NCBI GenBank assembly: GCA_002328165.1
Contig: DCWS01000077.1
Span: 1,624 to 65,623 of the forward strand
Direction: 5' to 3'
Source: Desulfobacteraceae bacterium UBA2156
GTDB taxonomy: Bacteria; Desulfobacterota; Desulfobacteria; Desulfobacterales; UBA2156
DNA length: 64,000 nt
Shown here in pieces: positions 32,593-42,674 of the stretch (the stretch's first letter is position 1; each line of letters opens with the position of its first letter). Below the pieces are notes generated by a model that searched no databases, had not been told where the DNA came from, and worked only from the letters and a program-made list of their open reading frames with translations. Position numbers and translations under genes: made by a program.

Positions 32593-33762
32593 CTACAAAC
32601 CTGCTTTTTCGCGGATTGTTTCCGCCATGTTTGTTTTTTCCCATGTAAATTCAGCTTCACTTCGTCCAAAATGTCCATAGGCGGAAGTCTTGTGATAGAT
32701 AGGTCTCAAAAGATCAAGATATTCAATAATGGCTGCAGGCCTCAAATCAAATAGCTCCGTAACAATCTCTTCAACTTTTTGTTTTGGGACAATGCCGGTC
32801 CCCACGAGGTCTACCAGAACAGAGACCGGTTGGGCCAGACCGATGGCATAGGCGATCTGAATTTCACATTTTCCAGCAAGACCCGCTGCAACAATATTTT
32901 TTGCGATATGCCGGGCCATGTAGGATCCGCTGCGGTCAACCTTGGACGGATCTTTTCCGGAAAAACAACCGCCGCCATGGCTTCCCTGCCCGCCGTAAGT
33001 GTCAACAATGATCTTTCGGCCGGTAAGGCCGCAATCTCCCATAGGGCCTCCGATCACAAATTTCCCTGTGGAGTTGACGAGGTAGCGGGTGCCCCCATCG
33101 GTCATCTCCTTAGGAATTACCTTCTTAATCACTTCTTCGATGATCGCCTCTTTTAAATCCTCATAGGCGATATCCGGTTTGTGTTGGGAAGCGATTACAA
33201 CGGTATCCACCCGTTTTGGATTTCCGTTTTCATATTCTATGGTGACCTGTGATTTACCGTCCGGTCTTAAAAAATCGAGGGATCCATTCTTTCTCACGGT
33301 AGCGAGACGATGGCACAACTTATGGGCATAGGTAATCGGCATTGGCATAAGCTCGGGCGTTTCATTCGTGGCAAATCCGAACATAAGGCCCTGGTCGCCG
33401 GCGCCCTGTTCTTTGTATAGCCCCACACCCTTGTTAACACCCTGGGCAATGTCGGGCGATTGACGGTCGATACTGGTGATGACAGAGCAGGTCTGCCAAT
33501 CAAAACCCATCTGGGATGAATTGTATCCGATATCCCGGATGGTACTCCGAACAATCCGCGGGATATCAGCATAGCAGGTGGTCGTAATTTCACCCGCAAC
33601 AATGGCCATTCCGGTGGTTACAAGTGTTTCACAAGCCACTCTACAATTTTGATCTTCCTTGATAATGAAATCCAATATGGAATCTGATATCGAATCGGCA
33701 ACCTTGTCCGGGTGGCCTTCACATACCGATTCGGATGTAAAAAAGAATTCTTCTTTGTTCAT
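32593..33762 (-). CDS. metK: S-adenosylmethionine synthetase
   Basis: 389 aa. [47 protein letters not shown]. Confidence 0.95.
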   Translation of the reverse strand: MNKEEFFFTSESVCEGHPDKVADSISDSILDFIIKEDQNCRVACETLVTTGMAIVAGEITTTCYADIPRIVRSTIRDIGYNSSQMGFDWQTCSVITSIDRQSPDIAQGVNKGVGLYKEQGAGDQGLMFGFATNETPELMPMPITYAHKLCHRLATVRKNGSLDFLRPDGKSQVTIEYENGNPKRVDTVVIASQHKPDIAYEDLKEAIIEEVIKKVIPKEMTDGGTRYLVNSTGKFVIGGPMGDCGLTGRKIIVDTYGGQGSHGGGCFSGKDPSKVDRSGSYMARHIAKNIVAAGLAGKCEIQIAYAIGLAQPVSVLVDLVGTGIVPKQKVEEIVTELFDLRPAAIIEYLDLLRPIYHKTSAYGHFGRSEAEFTWEKTNMAETIREKAGL

Positions 33763-34058
33763 GAAATAGCTCCTTTGGCTTAGGGTTTCGTTTTTTCTGG
33801 GGTCAATCGAACGCTTCTGCGGTCGACATTACGTAAAAGATGTTCGGAAAAGGATTCCATAGAACAACCCTGGAACAATGTCAACCGAAGGGGTGGATGA
33901 ATGACAGGTTCGATCATGCAAGCCAAGCGGATTCTCCATATTTAGTGTGGCTTCCATCCATGAAAACCGGGCGGTATGAAAAATTTTTGATTTCTTGAAG
34001 TAAAACTGTTGAAAAGGAGGCTTACGGGGTCTTTCAATCCCGGATGGGATCAAACGTA

Positions 34059-34538
34059 TCATTCCAGAAGAACGTCCATATCCGGATGGTTTTTTACCGC
34101 CCTTAAAAATTGCTCTGTGCGGCGATCCAGGCGGCTTTTAACTTCCCTGAGGAATCTTTGGAACAACATATATCCCATGTGATGATCATTTTCAAAAAGG
34201 GGTACAATATGTTCTTTTTTTATTGAAAAAATTTCACTTGTTTCGGCACTCACTGGATCGGACGTATACGATCCTTCGCCGAGTAGGGCAGACCACCCGA
34301 AGGAATATCCCGGTTTGATTGCACCCAGGGAAACGGTGACATGATCCGATATTCTCTTCTCAAGGAGAATTTTTCCTCTTTTTAGCATATAAAACCGATC
34401 CGCCAAATTGCCTTCTCTGAATATGACTTCCCCTTTTTCAAACGTAAGCAATTCTGTTACAGGGATTAGTTTATCAAACATCTCATCCGTAAGATATCCC
34501 AAAATAACGATTGATCTTAAATCCTTTTTGGATACCAT
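34059..34538 (-). CDS. Cyclic-nucleotide-binding-domain protein
   Basis: 159 aa. FEKGEVIFREGNLADRFYMLKRGKILL...FGWSAL is a cNMP-binding beta-barrel pattern. Last gene of the mrp-like transcription unit. Confidence 0.7.
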   Translation of the reverse strand: MVSKKDLRSIVILGYLTDEMFDKLIPVTELLTFEKGEVIFREGNLADRFYMLKRGKILLEKRISDHVTVSLGAIKPGYSFGWSALLGEGSYTSDPVSAETSEIFSIKKEHIVPLFENDHHMGYMLFQRFLREVKSRLDRRTEQFLRAVKNHPDMDVLLE

Positions 34539-34565
34539 AATTAACTCCTCTCACACGCTCTTGAA

Positions 34566-36047
34566 CTATTGCCCCGAAAAGATACCGACCGATACTATTT
34601 TTGCCAGAGAAAAAAAAGGTTCAGGATAAAAAAAGAGAAAAATTGAACAAATGGCGGTAATTGTCAAGGGGACCAGGCACCAGGGCGGTGCTTCATCGAT
34701 TTTATTTTCAAACAACGATTCTTCTGGTGTACAAAAAAACGCTTTATAAATTATGGGCAAAAAATATGCTGCATTGAGAAGCGAACTTGAGAGGAGGATA
34801 AACAACATAAACCTTTGATCCGCCTCCAGTGTACCGAGAATCAGATACCATTTGCTGATAAAACCACCTCCCGGTGGAATCCCGATGACACTTAAAGATC
34901 CAATGAAAAAACAGCTAAGTGTCACTGGCATTCTCTTCCCAATCCCCACCATCTGGCTGATATTTTTGGTTCCGGTTGCCACAAATATGGCACCTGCACA
35001 GAAAAAGAGTGTGATCTTGCCGAAAGCATGCATGGCAATGTGCATCATTCCTCCGATCATCCCTTTAGGGGAGAGGAGTGCAGCGCCCAGTATAATATAG
35101 GAAAGCTGTCCGATGGTGGAATAGGCCAGACGACTTTTCAAACTGTCCTGGGAAAGAGCAACCAAAGAAGCGGCGATGATGGTAAACGATGCGAGATATA
35201 AGACAACGGTGTCCATCTGAGAGGAAAAAAGCAGTTGGGTTCCGAAGACACCAGTAAGTACCCGCAGTATGCAAAAAACCCCAACTTTTACCACTGCAAC
35301 CGCATGCAGCAAAGCACTCACAGGCGTGGGAGCCACCATGGCAGCAGGGAGCCATGAGTGGAATGGCATAACGGCAGCCTTAGCAAATCCAAATACAAAG
35401 AGAAGAACAAGGATCCAAATCAGTTTCGGCGGTACTATCCCTGCAATAAATCCCTGCTGCGTAAATTCAAGGGTGCCGGTCATGTGATATATAAAAAGCA
35501 TTGCAGGAAGAACCAACCCTATGGAAGACCCTACAATAAACAATAGGTACTTTCGTCCTGAGCTTCGTCCCTCCATATCCTGGTGATGGGTGACCAGGGG
35601 ATAGGTGGCAAATGAAAGCATTTCATAAAAAAGGTAAAGCGTCAGAAGATTTGCTGAGAAGGCAACCCCGATGGTAGCTGACAGGGAAAGAGCAAAGTAG
35701 CAAAAATAGCGGGTTTGGCTATGTTCCTTTAACCTCCTCATATACCCGATGGAATATGCGGACGTAACAATCCAGAGAAAGGATGAGACAAGGGCAAACA
35801 ACATACCAAAAGCGTCAACTTTTAATTTAATGGCAACCGAGGGTAACACCTGGGCGATAGTATATTCGATCTCAACACCATCTAGGATCACAGGGGTCAT
35901 GGAAGCAATGATCGAAAACTTGGCAAAGGCCGCGAAAAAGGTCCACCCCTCGCGAAAATTTGTCCTGCGGGTTGAAACGATCAGCGGCACAGCCAATATA
36001 GACACCAGTACCGCGAGAAAAGGTCTGATAGATACGATAGTTTCCAT
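34566..36047 (-). CDS. Mrp/Mnh antiporter subunit D-like (NuoM/N-type proton-conducting membrane subunit)
   Basis: 493-aa polytopic protein with NuoM/N/MrpD hallmark segments (FHSWLPAAMVAPTPVSALLHA). Confidence 0.8.
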   Translation of the reverse strand: METIVSIRPFLAVLVSILAVPLIVSTRRTNFREGWTFFAAFAKFSIIASMTPVILDGVEIEYTIAQVLPSVAIKLKVDAFGMLFALVSSFLWIVTSAYSIGYMRRLKEHSQTRYFCYFALSLSATIGVAFSANLLTLYLFYEMLSFATYPLVTHHQDMEGRSSGRKYLLFIVGSSIGLVLPAMLFIYHMTGTLEFTQQGFIAGIVPPKLIWILVLLFVFGFAKAAVMPFHSWLPAAMVAPTPVSALLHAVAVVKVGVFCILRVLTGVFGTQLLFSSQMDTVVLYLASFTIIAASLVALSQDSLKSRLAYSTIGQLSYIILGAALLSPKGMIGGMMHIAMHAFGKITLFFCAGAIFVATGTKNISQMVGIGKRMPVTLSCFFIGSLSVIGIPPGGGFISKWYLILGTLEADQRFMLFILLSSSLLNAAYFLPIIYKAFFCTPEESLFENKIDEAPPWCLVPLTITAICSIFLFFYPEPFFSLAKIVSVGIFSGQ

Positions 36048-36097
36048 TTATGGTTTTTTCATCCGAATCAGCAGACACAGTGATTTAGTGTTAGATG

Positions 36098-37597
36098 TCA
36101 GCTTATCCCTCCTGGTATGGCAAACTGAATTACCTTTGTCACTAGGGTATCTGTATAGATCCCAAGGGCAATAAGACCAGCAGCAACAATCATCAGTGGA
36201 ACCAGCATCCCCAAGGGCGCATCGTCGAACGTTTTCTCCTCTTCATCCATGCTGCCGGAAATGTGAAGGTCACCGAAGGGTTCAAAATATCCGATCTCGA
36301 AAATTCTGAAAAAGAGAACCACATTCACGAGGCTACTGAACAACAAGGCAGCCACAAAACCGTAATGGCCAGCAGCAATACCCCCGGTAATCAGATACCA
36401 CTTGCTGAAAAATCCACAGGTTGGGGGTACCCCGATAATGGAAAGGGCACCAACAACAAATGCACCCATGGAAAATGGCATTTTTCGAAAAAGACCCTTA
36501 AGATTGTCGAAGGAATCCCCCGGCACCCGGTATAAAATATTTCCTGCGACTAGAAACACGCACAGGGTCATGGCCGCATCGTTGATGATATGAAGAATCG
36601 CTCCGGTTATCCCAGCCCGGTTTGCGAGCCAAAACCCTCCAACCATATAACCGATCTCGGCAATCATGACATAGGACAACATCCGTTTTAAGCTCTGTTG
36701 GGAAAGGGCAAGGATGGATCCCACAACAATGGCGATAACCGCCAGCCATACGAAAGAGGTGTTGACCGCCATGCTTTTAAAAGAAAAAGAAGGGGTAAAA
36801 ACCGAAAGGAGAATACGGATCATTACATATACCATCACCTTGGTTGTCAAAGGTGCAATAAGGCTGATGGCTGGTGAGGGAGAATAGGTATACGCATTGG
36901 GAAGCCAGGTATGCATCGGGAAAAGCGCCATTTTAATGAATAGTCCGGTCAGGCAGATCACAAATGCGAATAAAACGACATTTGATTGAAAAATATTTGG
37001 AAGGATCGATGCAATGTCAAACATGTTTAACGATCCGGTTGCGATGTAAAGATAGCCGATCCCTAAAAGATAAAAACTGGCGCCGATCGTCCCCATAAAG
37101 ACATAATTCAGGCTTGCTAGGGCCGCGTGTTCCGTTCCCATGCCGATCAAGGCATAACCGGTCAGGGAGGCAATTTCTAGGAGCACATATAGATTAAATG
37201 CATCTCCGGTAACCACGATGCCCATAGTGCCGGTCACGAAAAGCACATAAAGGGCGTAAAAAGGGCCGACCCTCTCAATGAATTCTTTTTCAACACTCTT
37301 TTTAGTAGCAATGAGATTGAGAAAGGCAATGGCAGCAGAAACAACAAGTACAATACCGTTTAAATAGTCTACTCGGTATGCAATGCCCCAGGGAGGCGAC
37401 CATCCGCCAAAGTGGTAAACGACCACCTTATTTTGGAGTACTTGCAGAAGCAGACCAAAAGATGAAAAAAGTGATATTGCAAGGGCCACGGCTGCGATAT
37501 AAAAACAGTAGGTTCTTTTCAGCCAACCTGCAGTAAAAATAAAAAATGCTGCTATTAGCGGTATGACAATAATGAAGGCAGGGAAATGTTGGCTCAT
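36098..37597 (-). CDS. Mrp/Mnh antiporter subunit D-like, second copy
   Basis: 499 aa. MHTWLPNAYTYSPSPAISLIAPLTTK and overall NuoN/MrpD topology. Confidence 0.8.
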   Translation of the reverse strand: MSQHFPAFIIVIPLIAAFFIFTAGWLKRTYCFYIAAVALAISLFSSFGLLLQVLQNKVVVYHFGGWSPPWGIAYRVDYLNGIVLVVSAAIAFLNLIATKKSVEKEFIERVGPFYALYVLFVTGTMGIVVTGDAFNLYVLLEIASLTGYALIGMGTEHAALASLNYVFMGTIGASFYLLGIGYLYIATGSLNMFDIASILPNIFQSNVVLFAFVICLTGLFIKMALFPMHTWLPNAYTYSPSPAISLIAPLTTKVMVYVMIRILLSVFTPSFSFKSMAVNTSFVWLAVIAIVVGSILALSQQSLKRMLSYVMIAEIGYMVGGFWLANRAGITGAILHIINDAAMTLCVFLVAGNILYRVPGDSFDNLKGLFRKMPFSMGAFVVGALSIIGVPPTCGFFSKWYLITGGIAAGHYGFVAALLFSSLVNVVLFFRIFEIGYFEPFGDLHISGSMDEEEKTFDDAPLGMLVPLMIVAAGLIALGIYTDTLVTKVIQFAIPGGIS

Positions 37598-37989
37598 TTT
37601 ACTTTTATCTGCGAATCAATTTCATCTTCTTCAAGGGAGTTGTACTGTTGATAGACTTTTATGGCCAGCGCCAGAGCTACACCGAGGGTTGCCACTGACA
37701 CAACGATAGCCGTGAGCATAAGCACATGGGGCAACGGGTTGATAAAGTCAACCGCATGCACGGCGTGTTCACCACCATCATGGCCGTGACTTATAATCGG
37801 GATGGTCGCATTTTTTTTCATACCGATGGAGACATAAAAAAAGATAATGGCTGTTTGAAAAATACTCATGCCGATAATCTTCTTCACCAGATTCTTTTTA
37901 ACGATCATGGCATAGAGGCCGATCATCATCAGGACGATGTAGCCCCAGTAATTGTATTTTGAAATGATGATCGTGAGAAGATCAACCAT
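37594..37989 (-). CDS. Mrp subunit C-like (NuoK-like)
   Basis: 131 aa, three hydrophobic helices. Its position between the B-like and D-like genes matches mrp/mbh order. Confidence 0.7.
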   Translation of the reverse strand: MVDLLTIIISKYNYWGYIVLMMIGLYAMIVKKNLVKKIIGMSIFQTAIIFFYVSIGMKKNATIPIISHGHDGGEHAVHAVDFINPLPHVLMLTAIVVSVATLGVALALAIKVYQQYNSLEEDEIDSQIKVK

Positions 37990-37991
37990 GC

Positions 37992-38822
37992 TTATAGACC
38001 TTCATCAAACTTTCCGGCAGAGACCAGATTGTAATAAAGGATAACCATGACTGCCATCACAGCGATACCAACGCCGATTTCTACGATAAGGATACCGTGG
38101 GATCGTGCCGTGACTGGATCAACGAAAAGGATGGTTGCAAGTGCGCTGTAATCTAGAAAATTGGCTCCTAAAAGGATACAAAGAGCGCCTGTGCCAGCAT
38201 AAATATACACACCTAGGGTATAAAAAAAAGCGGTCAACTTTTCACTCATCCTATTAAGTGCCGAACGAAGATCGTGGGATATGGCAAACAGTACGAAGGA
38301 CGCTCCGAGGATCACGCCGCCTTGAAATCCCCCTCCAGGGCTGTGATGCCCGTGGGCAATAACATACAGGGCAAAGATCTGAATAAACGGAATGATGAAT
38401 CGGCCGGTGGTTTTTATTATCAGATCGTATGGAGTCCATAATCCATCTATCCGTTCAAATTCTTTGGCGGTAGGTGGCAGTTTTCCCCCCTTTTCAATGC
38501 GAAAAGTTATTCCGGTTGCCGTATGGCGATAAAGTCTGAAATCTGTTTTTTTTCGTTTCATCTGCCGCAACAGGAATAGACAAGCAATACCGGCCGAGAA
38601 TATCACCGCGGTTTCAAACATGGTATCGTATCCCCGATAGTCGGCGAGGACAGCGGTGACGATATTGGGTACGGAGGTATCCTCCATGGTCTTTTCAATA
38701 TAGTATGGAGACACATGGGTGCTGGTTGGAGATAGAGGATCACCCCACCCGGGGAACTCCACAGTTCCATAAATGAAGAGGCTTCCGCATAAAAATACAG
38801 CGATGAAACCGAACCATTTCAA
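37992..38822 (-). CDS. MnhB-domain membrane protein (MrpA-C-terminal/MrpB-like; MbhE/F-equivalent)
   Basis: 276 aa. GYDTMFETAVIFSAGIA and HHSPGGGFQGGVILGASF are typical of the MnhB domain. Confidence 0.65.
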   Translation of the reverse strand: MKWFGFIAVFLCGSLFIYGTVEFPGWGDPLSPTSTHVSPYYIEKTMEDTSVPNIVTAVLADYRGYDTMFETAVIFSAGIACLFLLRQMKRKKTDFRLYRHTATGITFRIEKGGKLPPTAKEFERIDGLWTPYDLIIKTTGRFIIPFIQIFALYVIAHGHHSPGGGFQGGVILGASFVLFAISHDLRSALNRMSEKLTAFFYTLGVYIYAGTGALCILLGANFLDYSALATILFVDPVTARSHGILIVEIGVGIAVMAVMVILYYNLVSAGKFDEGL

Positions 38823-39064
38823 TCTTTGGTCCTCCTAGTGGTGCGAAACACTGCCGAAACAAAAAATACGGTACTGACGCCAGCGCCCACCGAGGCCTCG
38901 GTAAATGACACATCCACCGCCCCCATAATGGCCCAGAGGAGGCTCATCATGAAGCTGTATGCGCCAAAAAGGATTGCAGCGCCCAGAAGGTCCTTGATTG
39001 TGATAGCACCGATTCCACAGAAAATCACAAAAGTCAGAATGATAAGATCGAGCTGCCAGATCAT
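38819..39064 (-). CDS. Small membrane subunit, MbhD/MrpA-C-terminal-like
   Basis: 81 aa, three helices, ending in FTEASVGAGVSTV-type sequence. Assignment rests on position in the cluster. Confidence 0.5.
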   Translation of the reverse strand: MIWQLDLIILTFVIFCGIGAITIKDLLGAAILFGAYSFMMSLLWAIMGAVDVSFTEASVGAGVSTVFFVSAVFRTTRRTKD

Positions 39065-39067
39065 ATG

Positions 39068-39391
39068 TTAATCAGCTTTCTCCTTTTTTGTCCATGGCCG
39101 AAGCCCTGCCCTGATTCCGGCGTCCACGATGGCATGGGTGGCCGTGGGACCGGTAATAAACACAAATACGACAATGAGCATGATTTTTAAACCGGTCAAC
39201 AGGGACTCTGTCGAAAAGTCCTGGATCGTATACAAGGCCGCGGCCAGCATCGTCATCAGCAGACCGGTCGTGTCAAGCTTACCGGCAGGATGAAGGCGTG
39301 AGTAGAAATCCGGAAACCTGATGATACCCACTGATCCGCCGGTAAAAAATATGAGTCCGAGGACCAGAAAGATAATCACAATGATATTCAT
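39068..39391 (-). CDS. Mrp subunit G-like
   Basis: 107 aa. GIIRFPDFYSRLHPAGK..T is the MnhG signature. Confidence 0.65.
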   Translation of the reverse strand: MNIIVIIFLVLGLIFFTGGSVGIIRFPDFYSRLHPAGKLDTTGLLMTMLAAALYTIQDFSTESLLTGLKIMLIVVFVFITGPTATHAIVDAGIRAGLRPWTKKEKAD

Positions 39392-39679
39392 TTATTTTCT
39401 TCCTATTTCTTCATGTAAGTTCTTTTTCTTTTGAAAGTATCTTGAAGAAGCCAGGACCGCGATAAAGTTTAACATGGCGTAAGCCAGAGCGATGTCCACA
39501 AACATGTTCACCCGGTGGTATAACAAACCGATGACCACCAAAAGGGCCGTTGTTTTGCTTCCAATGGCATTCACTCCGACCATTCGATCCAGGACCGTAG
39601 GGCCAAAGAGCGCTCTATAAAGAGACAAGCCCATGATCAGGCTCAGAAATATTCCAAAATATAGAAAAAGGTTGTCCAT
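39392..39679 (-). CDS. Mrp subunit F-like
   Basis: 95 aa. LYRALFGPTVLDRMV..NAIG pattern of MnhF. Confidence 0.65.
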   Translation of the reverse strand: MDNLFLYFGIFLSLIMGLSLYRALFGPTVLDRMVGVNAIGSKTTALLVVIGLLYHRVNMFVDIALAYAMLNFIAVLASSRYFQKKKNLHEEIGRK

Positions 39680-39686
39680 TATTCAC

Positions 39687-40226
39687 CTATTCACTAAAAA
39701 TTCTTCCCACCCTTTCCTCCATCTCACCTGGAAGAGGTCGCCCGGATGGCTTATCGATGGCATGGACCTGAAAGTCACCGTAGACGGAAACATAAACGGT
39801 GATTGTACCCGGGGTAAGCGTGATGGAATTGGCAAAGGTGAGCAAAGAAATGTTGCTTTTAAGCTTGCTCCTGAATCGGATAATTTCCGGGTCAATCAGA
39901 TCCATCATTCTTGGGTGAAAGGTCAAATAGAGCACATGAATATTTGCGAGAAATACTTGATGAAGTAACCACGGGATATACCGAAGAAATCGGAGCCATG
40001 TCACCGTCATCCCCTTTGTTTCAGATGAAGTGAATAGAAGATCACTAGATAAAAATGCAACAATTAAACAGGAAATGACACCAAGGGAGATGTGGAGTCC
40101 ATCGAACCTTCCGGATAAAAGAAGCCATATGCCGAACAGGATAAAAAACGTAAGAAGAAAGGGGGCGATGGAACGGGTTTGCCGGGGAGATTTAGGCGAA
40201 TTGTGTTTTAAAGCGGATGAACCCAT
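39687..40226 (-). CDS. Mrp subunit E-like
   Basis: ~179 aa from ATG 40226, which has a GGAAG RBS and avoids overlap with the upstream gene. Two N-terminal helices plus the ITLTPGT motif typical of MnhE. Confidence 0.6.
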   Translation of the reverse strand: MGSSALKHNSPKSPRQTRSIAPFLLTFFILFGIWLLLSGRFDGLHISLGVISCLIVAFLSSDLLFTSSETKGMTVTWLRFLRYIPWLLHQVFLANIHVLYLTFHPRMMDLIDPEIIRFRSKLKSNISLLTFANSITLTPGTITVYVSVYGDFQVHAIDKPSGRPLPGEMEERVGRIFSE

Positions 40227-40239
40227 TTCAATAGCTTCC

Positions 40240-42027
40240 TCATACCAACCACAGATAAACCAACCCATAAATGAGAAAAAAAACAAGTGACATGCAAATG
40301 CCCACCCCGATCGGCAACCGGTAGATGTGCGGACTGTAGGCCTGATTGACCGAATCTTTAAGCGGCAATGTCTTGCCTTGAACTATATGCCAAAACATTT
40401 CCAGCGGAACATACGGATTTTGACTCAGTCTGCTCAAAAAGGCCACTTTTTGCGACGAGAGGGTCTGTATTTTCAGCCGGATCTGATTTAAGGGTTCATT
40501 GCAAAATCGGAGCAAAGCTCGGCCGAAATTTCGATAGAACCAATCGGTATCCAGACTGATAGCCGCTTCCCCGCCCAGTTTATCAATGTAGATCCAGAAA
40601 GCAGATAGGGTCAGTAAAAGGAGTTGCATCATAGCGACCACTTTCCCGGCTTCATACGGATGAAAGTGAACCTGGTAGGGTAGAAGATCGTAAAGTAGCT
40701 TGGGATAGATCCCGGTCAGGATACAGAGAAATGAGCCGATTCCCATGGCCAGAAGCATATTTAACGGTGGTTCCTTGGCGTCAGGGATTTTATCGGAGCC
40801 TTTTTGAGAGCCAAACCATATTCCCTGGGGGAGTTTCAAACTAATACTGAGAAAAGTTCCGATGGATGCCAGGTGCAGCATCAACTCAATGACCGGTCGG
40901 TTCAATTCGCCTGCCGCAGCCACCACCATGTTTTTACTGATGAATCCATTAAAAAGGGGTACCGCTGATATGGAAAAAGCACCGACCATGTAAAGGGTGA
41001 GGGTGACAGGCATTTTCTTATACAGTTCATGCCCATGCAGCTCCGTCGATTTTCTGCGACCTGTGACATGGATGACGGCTCCTGCTCCCATGAATAGAAT
41101 TGCTTTATAAAGAATATGGGAGAATGCATGGGCACCGGCGCCGTTGATGGCCAGTTCACTCCCAAGTCCAACGCCGCAGACCATGAACCCGACCTGGCTG
41201 ATGATATGATAGGAGAGAAGCCTTCTGATATCGTTTTCCATGACTGCATAGACCACACCGTAAAGTGCCATAATCGCACCCAGCCAGACCAGAAGCTCAA
41301 CTCCCGGAAAAGAACGAGCCAGCACATAAACAGCACTTTTGGTTGTAAATGCGGTCATGAAAACACTCCCGGTGACCGTCCCTTCAGGGTAGGCATCGGA
41401 GAGCCACGCATGCAATGGGGGAACCGCAGCATTGACCAGAAAGCCGATCAGAATTAATTTTGTGGACAGTTCATGGATGTCAAAAAGGACAAACGCGATC
41501 GATCCTGTGGTAGTAGCGTGAATAACAATTCCTGCCAATAGAAAAGTCCCTCCGGCAAGGTGGACCAGAATATATCGAAAACCCGCACTCATTGCAGATT
41601 TGGTTCTTTGGTACCAGATGAGAAATACCGAAGAAGCGGCCATGATTTCCCAAAAGATAAACAGGGTGAGTAAATCGCCGGCAAACACCACACCGAGGGT
41701 GCTTCCAACGTAAAGGCAGGCGGCCACATGTTGGCCGTATTCTTTGATATGAATCGCATAAACCATACCGATAAAGGACATGATGACAAAAACATAGGCA
41801 AAAAGCATACTGAGTTTGTCCACCTTACCCAGAACGAGGTCAAAGCCGAGAAAGTTATACACCCAGTAATTACCGTATGGCATATGAATCAGGTTAACAA
41901 AAGCGATGACCGGTAACAAAAGGACAAAGGCCTGCTGAGCCCTTCTATTTTTGATTATTGGAAGGATGAACGCACCGATGAGGTAGATGAAAGCGGGCGG
42001 GATGATGTCAATCATAATAATGTTCAT
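40240..42027 (-). CDS. NuoL/MrpA-N-terminal-like or MrpD-like large antiporter subunit with C-terminal extension
   Basis: 595 aa. LHAWLSDAYPEGTVTGSVFMTAFTTKSAVY and a NuoL/M/N-type fold. Third large subunit of the cluster. Confidence 0.75.
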   Translation of the reverse strand: MNIIMIDIIPPAFIYLIGAFILPIIKNRRAQQAFVLLLPVIAFVNLIHMPYGNYWVYNFLGFDLVLGKVDKLSMLFAYVFVIMSFIGMVYAIHIKEYGQHVAACLYVGSTLGVVFAGDLLTLFIFWEIMAASSVFLIWYQRTKSAMSAGFRYILVHLAGGTFLLAGIVIHATTTGSIAFVLFDIHELSTKLILIGFLVNAAVPPLHAWLSDAYPEGTVTGSVFMTAFTTKSAVYVLARSFPGVELLVWLGAIMALYGVVYAVMENDIRRLLSYHIISQVGFMVCGVGLGSELAINGAGAHAFSHILYKAILFMGAGAVIHVTGRRKSTELHGHELYKKMPVTLTLYMVGAFSISAVPLFNGFISKNMVVAAAGELNRPVIELMLHLASIGTFLSISLKLPQGIWFGSQKGSDKIPDAKEPPLNMLLAMGIGSFLCILTGIYPKLLYDLLPYQVHFHPYEAGKVVAMMQLLLLTLSAFWIYIDKLGGEAAISLDTDWFYRNFGRALLRFCNEPLNQIRLKIQTLSSQKVAFLSRLSQNPYVPLEMFWHIVQGKTLPLKDSVNQAYSPHIYRLPIGVGICMSLVFFLIYGLVYLWLV

Positions 42028-42220
42028 CCTTCATCAACCAATGGTGGCCGAGCCATTTTGAGAATATGATAATGATTATACAGCCGATAAAGCCAAAAAT
42101 CGCATCAAAAACAGGAATTTTTTGCCACCAGAAGTGGGGATGTTTGTAAGGAAAGACAAAACCCAATAAACTGGTTATGGTGATGGCGATATATAAAATG
42201 AAGCGTAATTTTTTTAGCAT
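42008..42220 (-). CDS. Small two-helix membrane protein, first ORF of the mrp-like cluster
   Basis: 70-aa hydrophobic ORF that overlaps the next gene by 20 nt. No family recognised. Confidence 0.3.
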   Translation of the reverse strand: MLKKLRFILYIAITITSLLGFVFPYKHPHFWWQKIPVFDAIFGFIGCIIIIIFSKWLGHHWLMKDEHYYD

Positions 42221-42406
42221 TGGCGATCAATTCCTTCGGGGCTACAAGCCTGTCATACCTCAAGCGCAACTCGGATGAAAAATTATTATGAGGTATAAAC
42301 AAAAAAAATATTTCTGGTCAAGCATTAAAGAAAAAAATAATCGAGGCTTCACGAACACGGCCAAATATTTAAGTTTATTTCTGTTTTAAGATTTGACAGT
42401 CTCGTA

Positions 42407-42550
42407 TTGGGATAAAGCGTTTTGATAGGTGGTACGTTAAGAGTTTGGAGGTTACGACGAATTCTTGAAATTTAGTATCACCTACTCTAAACGCCCCAAA
42501 ATGGCCATTTAGAGAGCAATATGATCTTTTTACGAGTTCATCAAGACTTG
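42407..42550. repeat. Interspersed ~145-155-bp repeat, copy A
   Basis: Aligns along its whole length, in the same orientation, with 49841-49996. Shared blocks: gggataaag.gttttgataggtggt.cgttaaga, ttacgacga.ttcttgaaatttagtatcaccta, catttagagagcaa, tttttacgagttcat. Confidence 0.7.
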
Positions 42551-42674
42551 GATTTTCAGAAAAGGGCAGGGAATCAGGATCTTCGCCTTCGACATTTGAC
42601 AAAGGCAGGTCCTCTGGAAGTTTGCGGTGAGAAACTTGAGTATTTATTTACACTGGTATAAAAAGCGCGACCGG

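Noticed and set aside
33763-34058. Possible SAM/SAH riboswitch in the 297-nt leader upstream of metK-ahcY
   Set aside because: I read the minus-strand leader against the SAM-I, SAM-II and SAH consensus elements I remember and found no convincing match; only a short GCUUGGCUUGCA stretch looked vaguely similar. An Infernal/Rfam scan would be needed, so it is not reported as a feature.
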